Source: an uncultured bacterium
Lineage (GTDB): Bacteria; Oederibacteriota; Oederibacteriia; Oederibacteriales; Oederibacteriaceae
NCBI GenBank assembly: GCA_965112635.1
Contig: OZ218778.1
Location: 1,728,001-1,792,000 of the forward strand
Length of the DNA stretch: 64,000 bases
Reading direction: 5' to 3'
Positions 57,632-64,000 of the stretch are shown piece by piece (the stretch's first letter is position 1; the number at the start of each line of letters is the position of its first letter). Both the position numbers and the translations under genes were made by a program. A model generated the notes under the pieces. The model was not told the DNA's origin. It saw only the letters and a program-made list of their open reading frames with translations, and ran no database searches.

Positions 57632-58783
57632 ATGGATAGGAACAGAGATTTTGTGTTCACTTCGGAGTCAGTCACCGAAGGCCATCCGGACAAGGTCGCC
57701 GACCAGATCTCGGACGCGGTCCTGGATGAGATACTCAAGAACGACCCCAGGGGGCGCGTGGCCTGTGAGACCCTCGTCACCACGGGCGTCGCCATCGTGG
57801 CCGGCGAGATCACCACCAACGCGGTCATCGATATCCCGAAACTGGCCCGGCAGACCATCAAAGAGATCGGTTACGTAGATGCCAAGACGGGTTTTGACTA
57901 CGCCACCTGCAGCGTCATGACCGCGGTCCAGAGGCAGTCCGGCGACATCGCCATGGGCGTGGATATCGGCGGCGCCGGCGACCAGGGGATGATGTTCGGT
58001 TTCGCCTGCAACCAGACCCCGGAGCTGATGCCTCTGCCTATCATCCTGGCGCAGAAACTGACCCGCAAACTTTCCGAGGTCAGAAAGAAGAGGCGCGTCA
58101 AATACCTGAGGCCGGACGGGAAATCCCAGGTCACGGTCCAGTACGCCAACGGCAAGCCCGTGAGAGTGGATGCGGCGGTCATTGCGGCCCAACACGACCC
58201 GGACGTCACGACCAAGAAACTCAGGGAAGATATGATCGAGATGGTCATCAAGGCAACGATCCCCAAACACCTGCTGGATAAGAACACCAAGTATTTCGTG
58301 AACCCCACCGGACGCTTTGTCATCGGCGGTCCGCACGGCGACACCGGTCTGACCGGTCGGAAGATCATCGTGGACACTTACGGCGGATGGGGACGCCACG
58401 GCGGAGGGGCTTTCTCAGGCAAGGATCCTTCCAAAGTTGACCGTTCGGCCAGCTACGCGGCCCGCTGGGTCGCCAAGAACGTCATAGCCGCCGGTTTGGC
58501 GGACGACGTGGAAGTGCAGCTTTCTTATGCCATCGGAGTGGCTGAACCGACCTCGATCATGGTCAATACTTTTGGCACCGGTTATGTTTCCGACGAAAAG
58601 ATAGTTAAATTGATCCGCCATAATTTTGACCTCACCCCCAAAGGGATGATCGAATCCCTCAAGCTGAGGCGTCCGATCTACAAGCAGACCGCGGCCTACG
58701 GACATTTTGGCCGGCATGAGGCTGGATTTACCTGGGAAAAGACGGACAAAGCAGCGGCCCTGAGGAGTCAGGCGAGCCGTTAG
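57632..58783 (+). CDS. metK: S-adenosylmethionine synthetase
   Basis: [39 protein letters not shown]. Confidence 0.98.
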   Translation: MDRNRDFVFTSESVTEGHPDKVADQISDAVLDEILKNDPRGRVACETLVTTGVAIVAGEITTNAVIDIPKLARQTIKEIGYVDAKTGFDYATCSVMTAVQRQSGDIAMGVDIGGAGDQGMMFGFACNQTPELMPLPIILAQKLTRKLSEVRKKRRVKYLRPDGKSQVTVQYANGKPVRVDAAVIAAQHDPDVTTKKLREDMIEMVIKATIPKHLLDKNTKYFVNPTGRFVIGGPHGDTGLTGRKIIVDTYGGWGRHGGGAFSGKDPSKVDRSASYAARWVAKNVIAAGLADDVEVQLSYAIGVAEPTSIMVNTFGTGYVSDEKIVKLIRHNFDLTPKGMIESLKLRRPIYKQTAAYGHFGRHEAGFTWEKTDKAAALRSQASR

Positions 58784-60058
<1,275 letters not shown>

Positions 60059-60067
60059 AGTTGCCGA

Positions 60068-60173
60068 TCCTGACTGCGTCAGGGGCCTGATTGAAAATGT
60101 GGGTGCCGCCCGACATCGTCGGGGGTCAAAGCTATTTGAGGTGCCGGGCCGTAAATAAAACCTTTACGGCCCC
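60068..60173. repeat. Three short REP-like hairpins between ahcY and tRNA-Phe
   Basis: cctgac-tgc-gtcagg, cccgac-atc-gtcggg, gggccgtaaa-taaaacc-tttacggccc. Confidence 0.55.
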
Positions 60174-60208
60174 TGAATGGATATGTTGATGGGTCTCTTA
60201 GTTAAGGT

Positions 60209-60284
60209 GCCGAGTTAGCTCAATCGGTAGAGCGCAGGACTGAAAATCCTGGCGTACCCGGTTCGATTCCGGGACTCGGCACCA
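60209..60284 (+). tRNA. tRNA-Phe (GAA)
   Basis: GCCGAGT/ACTCGGC acceptor stem, AGCTCAATCGGTAGAGC D arm, CAGGA-CTGAAAA-TCCTG anticodon arm, GGTTCGATTCC T arm, encoded CCA. Confidence 0.97.
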
Positions 60285-60417
60285 TTTTCTAAAGAGTTAT
60301 CAACCATTCCAACCAGCTCCTTGAGGGCGGCACCATTTTTTAAAGATTTACCTACCCTTCCTGTCTGGTCCCCATTGACAATTTCTATTTTTTTAAGGTA
60401 AACCAATTTAGACCGTT

Positions 60418-62475
60418 GTGAAACCTATGCGGCAGGCCTTATTTTTTCACGTGTTTCTTGCATTTCATAAAATCATAAAGTATACTTCGCTCATGAATTT
60501 TAAAGGAAAAAAACTCAAAAAAACCTTTTTATATTTTCTTGTTCTGCTCATTGCTGGGGTTTTTACCTACCAAATAAGCCAAGCCCAAACCAGCCCCGAA
60601 TGGGGCGATCTCGGTATTGGGGTCAGGCCCCTCGGCATGGGCGGTGCCTTTACAGCCATTGCCAATGATAGCAGCGCCGTTTATTACAACCCTGCGGGTC
60701 TCGCCCGTATCCCAGGTACCGAACTATATTTCATGGGCAGCAATTATCACGCCCCAGCTATGCCTTATGTTGGTTTTGGCTCTATTTCTTTCCCGTTCTT
60801 TTTTTGGGGTATCAAGATTGGTGTCTCCTGGTTGAGGCCATATCATGTCAGCCCGGGCCTTTATGACGCCAAAGGGACGATCGTTCTGGACCCCAACTTG
60901 GCGGTCAGTTCCGGCAATCATTTCGAAGAAGACCAGATTATAACAACCTTTGCCACAGCCCTGAATAACGACAAAACATTCTATTTTGGTGTTAATGTGA
61001 AAGCTATGCTTCAGGCTTCCAATGCCCAACTTTTCCCGGCCCTTCCCAACGGATCTTTAACTCCCCTGGGATTTTTTGGTTACGGGATTGATTTGGGGCT
61101 CATCTACCGCATCCCGTTAGTGAGCTACGGGCGGGAGATCAGCTTCGGGTTTTGCGCCCAAAACTTGGCGACCCGTGTGCAGTATAACAATAACAACATC
61201 GAGGTGCCCTGGCCTAGCCAAGTCCATATCGGGGCGTCTTATCAGGGCCAAGATTTTATTTTTGGTACCCGGGTTTTCGTTGCCAGCGACATGGAATTTA
61301 TCGGCGACGCCCAGTATAACTCAGATGTCAATAAAAAATGGCATATGGGTATCGAAGACTGGATGTTCCATGACCGTTTCGCTCTGCGGGGTGGCTATGA
61401 CACTCCGCTCTACACAACCGGCCAGTACAGCCTAGGCACTTCTATCTACCTTTTCGGTGGAGCCGGATCCGGTGGGGCCAGGGCTGATTATGCGTTTCTG
61501 TTCAGCAATCCGGGCCAGGATCTTGGTGAAAGCCAGTGGTATTCGGCCTTTGTCCGTTTTACTTTAGCCAAAGAGGTCGTAAAGATCCCGACCCTTTCGG
61601 TCATTGCCAAACCTAATGAGTTCAATCCGATAGAAAAAGAGATCACGACTTTTCATATGAGCGCTTTTGACGAAACAGGGATCAAAGAATGGCGCCTTTC
61701 TATTGCCGACAGTTCCAACGTGGTCGTCAAAACCTTCGGTGACATAGGCCATCCGCCCAAAGAACTCAAATGGGATGGCAAGGACCGGGAAGGGTATAAC
61801 GTGATGGAGGGTGATTACACTTATTTCCTCGAAGCCACCAATTATGTCGACGGAACAGGTGTGACACCTTTGCAGACTCTCCATATCTTAGCGCCAAGAA
61901 AACGGGTGGATAGGAAAACCGACCTGTCCCAGCTGCAGGCCTTATTGGCTGAGGAGCACGATATCGATGAAAATGCCGAGAGGGTTCAAGTCAGCAAGGC
62001 CAAAGAAGACCTCGACACTCAAGTTAAAATATTGGCTGTGCCGCCTACCCCGACCTATACCCCGACCTATACCAATACCCCGGCTCCGCCAACCCTGGAG
62101 CCTACAGCCGCTCCGTATACGCCCACGCCGATTATGCCTTTCAATAATATGGGGCTGAACGGAATGACCAGTGTTTTTGTGGGCCAAAACCACGCCGGCC
62201 AAAAGGCCATGGTGGTGGATTACCAGAGTGAGCAGACCACGCTTAACCCCTTGCTTAACGAGGCTTCCAGGGTGGTCCAGACAGTGGCCAAGGACCTGGG
62301 TGACACTGTGGCAGGCATCAGTTTAAGGGCCCATTATGGAGCAAATGTTTTGACCGTGGACACCCCCCTGGATATCGCCAGGAGGCTAGCTAACGGCCAG
62401 CTGACCACCCAGCAGTGGCTTAATAGTTCCAATGTAAATGTTAACAGAGAGAGCGTCAAGCCGAGCATTCAATAG
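60418..62475 (+). CDS. PorV-like barrel fused to FlgD-Ig-like domain, Thr/Pro linker and C-terminal domain
   Basis: G.GVRPLGMGGAFTAIANDSSAVYYNPAGL; WDGKD..G......G.YTY; PTPTYTPT linker. More likely start is the ATG at 60493 (MNFKG...). Confidence 0.78.
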   Translation: MKPMRQALFFHVFLAFHKIIKYTSLMNFKGKKLKKTFLYFLVLLIAGVFTYQISQAQTSPEWGDLGIGVRPLGMGGAFTAIANDSSAVYYNPAGLARIPGTELYFMGSNYHAPAMPYVGFGSISFPFFFWGIKIGVSWLRPYHVSPGLYDAKGTIVLDPNLAVSSGNHFEEDQIITTFATALNNDKTFYFGVNVKAMLQASNAQLFPALPNGSLTPLGFFGYGIDLGLIYRIPLVSYGREISFGFCAQNLATRVQYNNNNIEVPWPSQVHIGASYQGQDFIFGTRVFVASDMEFIGDAQYNSDVNKKWHMGIEDWMFHDRFALRGGYDTPLYTTGQYSLGTSIYLFGGAGSGGARADYAFLFSNPGQDLGESQWYSAFVRFTLAKEVVKIPTLSVIAKPNEFNPIEKEITTFHMSAFDETGIKEWRLSIADSSNVVVKTFGDIGHPPKELKWDGKDREGYNVMEGDYTYFLEATNYVDGTGVTPLQTLHILAPRKRVDRKTDLSQLQALLAEEHDIDENAERVQVSKAKEDLDTQVKILAVPPTPTYTPTYTNTPAPPTLEPTAAPYTPTPIMPFNNMGLNGMTSVFVGQNHAGQKAMVVDYQSEQTTLNPLLNEASRVVQTVAKDLGDTVAGISLRAHYGANVLTVDTPLDIARRLANGQLTTQQWLNSSNVNVNRESVKPSIQ

Positions 62476-62553
62476 TTTTTGTGCTATAATCACCGACGTA
62501 ATTTGGATATCAACTCAGCGGCAGGAAGATTTGTAATGGAGGAATTGGCCAGC

Positions 62554-64000
62554 ATGAGTAAGAGGTTGGTTTTAGTAATGGTTGGTTTAAGCCTCTTATT
62601 GCCCTTAAAGGGGAATGCTGCTTTTGAAAAAGAGGGAGCTCTAGGAGTTGGCGCCAGATCCCTGGGCATGGGAAATGCTTTTGGAGCTATTGCCAACGAC
62701 CTGTCCGCAGTTTATTACAATCCCGCCGGGTTAGTCCAGATAGGCCGCCCTGAGATCACAGGCATGGGCGGAGTTCGTTTCAATGGAAAATTCTATGATA
62801 CATTTGTTTCAGCCGGTATGCCGGCCGTTTCCGACCTGTTCTTTGCCATATCTTATGACACCGCATTCAATACCCTGTCTAACAACAGCGAAGACACCTA
62901 CATCCTCTCTTTAGCCACGCCTATCAACGACGACCATTCTCTGTCTTTCGGATTGAACGTCAAATATGATTATACGAATTTGAAGGTACAAAACGGCGTG
63001 GGGCAGGGTTTTGGTTTCGATTACGGGTTGATGTATCAGCTCAACCTTTCCCCTTTTATGAACAAAATGAACTTTGCCGCTTCTGTCCAGGATGTGGCCA
63101 CCAAGATTCAATGGGGGAGCAATGACGAGACCACGGTACCCCAGGTCAGTAAACTTGGGTTCGCCTACTGGTTCGACCCAAACATGGTCTTTGATGGGGA
63201 TCTGGATATTTCCAATGATCCGAACATAGCCTCCTCGGATGACAAGTATTACCATATCGGCGTTGAGGCCTGGTTCTTTGACAATCATGTGGGACTAAGG
63301 TCCGGATATACCACCTTCCTTACGATGAGGGGGCAATACGCCGCGGGCATAAGCGGTAAGGGTGGAAACTGGGAGATCGATTACGCTTATTTAGGCCACG
63401 ACCAAAATCTGGGGGACAGCCACCGCGTGTCGGGCACTTTAAGATTTGGCAGCGTGACAGACGCCAGTATGGTTCCTAAGCCGCCCACTGGGGTGTTTGC
63501 CAAGGGCGGTGACGGGGTGATCAATGTGTTTTGGAGCAGCAATTTAGAGACCAACTTGGCCGGATATAATATTTATCTCAGTCAATCGCCCAAGACGGGT
63601 TATTATAAAGTTGGAACGGTAAGAAGTACTTCCTATACCATCAAGGGTCTGCAGCCCAGCATCAAATACTACGTTGTCGTCACCGCATTCACCAATGCCA
63701 CCCAGCCTGTGGAGAGCAACTACAGCGAGGAGGTTGAGGCTACCACCGCGGGGCCCGCGGTAACGCCCGGCGGGGAACCTACAGGTTCTTCGCCCATGAG
63801 CTCGGGTGAAATCCCTATCCCCGTCAAAAAGGTCACGGACCCCAATGTCGTGGGGGTGAACATTTATTACAGCGCTACCAGCGGTGTGGGTTATGTCAAA
63901 TACAATCAGGTCCCTGTATCAGAAGGAGTGGTTGTTATAAAAGGCCTTGTTGAAGGACAGACCTATTTCCTGGTGCAGAAATATTATTACAAGAGCGGCA
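62554..64000 (+). CDS. PorV-like barrel fused to fibronectin type III domains (runs off the window end)
   Basis: Open frame MSKRLVLVM...GVGARSLGMGNAFGAIANDLSAVYYNPAGL...DYAY....LG.SHR, then P.PPTG...W......LAGYNIY...GL.P...YY.VVTA FN3; GGAGG RBS; absent from the ORF track because it has no stop. Confidence 0.85.
   Translation, partial: MSKRLVLVMVGLSLLLPLKGNAAFEKEGALGVGARSLGMGNAFGAIANDLSAVYYNPAGLVQIGRPEITGMGGVRFNGKFYDTFVSAGMPAVSDLFFAISYDTAFNTLSNNSEDTYILSLATPINDDHSLSFGLNVKYDYTNLKVQNGVGQGFGFDYGLMYQLNLSPFMNKMNFAASVQDVATKIQWGSNDETTVPQVSKLGFAYWFDPNMVFDGDLDISNDPNIASSDDKYYHIGVEAWFFDNHVGLRSGYTTFLTMRGQYAAGISGKGGNWEIDYAYLGHDQNLGDSHRVSGTLRFGSVTDASMVPKPPTGVFAKGGDGVINVFWSSNLETNLAGYNIYLSQSPKTGYYKVGTVRSTSYTIKGLQPSIKYYVVVTAFTNATQPVESNYSEEVEATTAGPAVTPGGEPTGSSPMSSGEIPIPVKKVTDPNVVGVNIYYSATSGVGYVKYNQVPVSEGVVVIKGLVEGQTYFLVQKYYYKSG

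Overview
A 64 kb bacterial chromosomal window, gene-dense and moderately GC-rich with several AT-rich inserts. Core metabolism: HU, fumC, ilvD, etfAB, an ETF-quinone oxidoreductase/ferredoxin fusion, a long acyl-CoA dehydrogenase, galU, metK, ahcY and tRNA-Phe. Carbohydrate and envelope genes: GH127, GH20, two GT-C membrane glycosyltransferases, WecB/TagA and cstA. The organism is diderm (TonB system, beta-barrels). It has many secreted proteins with Thr/Pro linkers, FlgD-Ig/T9SS-like C-terminal domains (CTDs) and PorV-like barrels; this style suggests a poorly studied candidate-phylum lineage (inference only). Main observations: (1) an ECF sigma/zinc anti-sigma pair whose anti-sigma ends in the same CTD as the secreted cargo genes downstream, with twin ECF promoters, a PorV-like gene and an upstream TPR-TonB-ExbBD block; (2) an MNT-HEPN toxin-antitoxin cassette bracketed by a 55-bp duplication of the ETF-QO 3' end, plus three synonymously recoded copies of the terminal LHSAEN-stop codons interleaved with a 22-bp hairpin; similar gene-end duplications flank two other AT-rich inserts; (3) a 4.7 kb island with RHS toxin relics, an IS256 that splits the probable immunity gene (8-bp TSD), and a Y1/RAYT transposase inside 26-bp perfect inverted repeats; (4) a ~210-nt highly structured intergenic element. 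All calls come from reading motifs by eye; no database searches were run.
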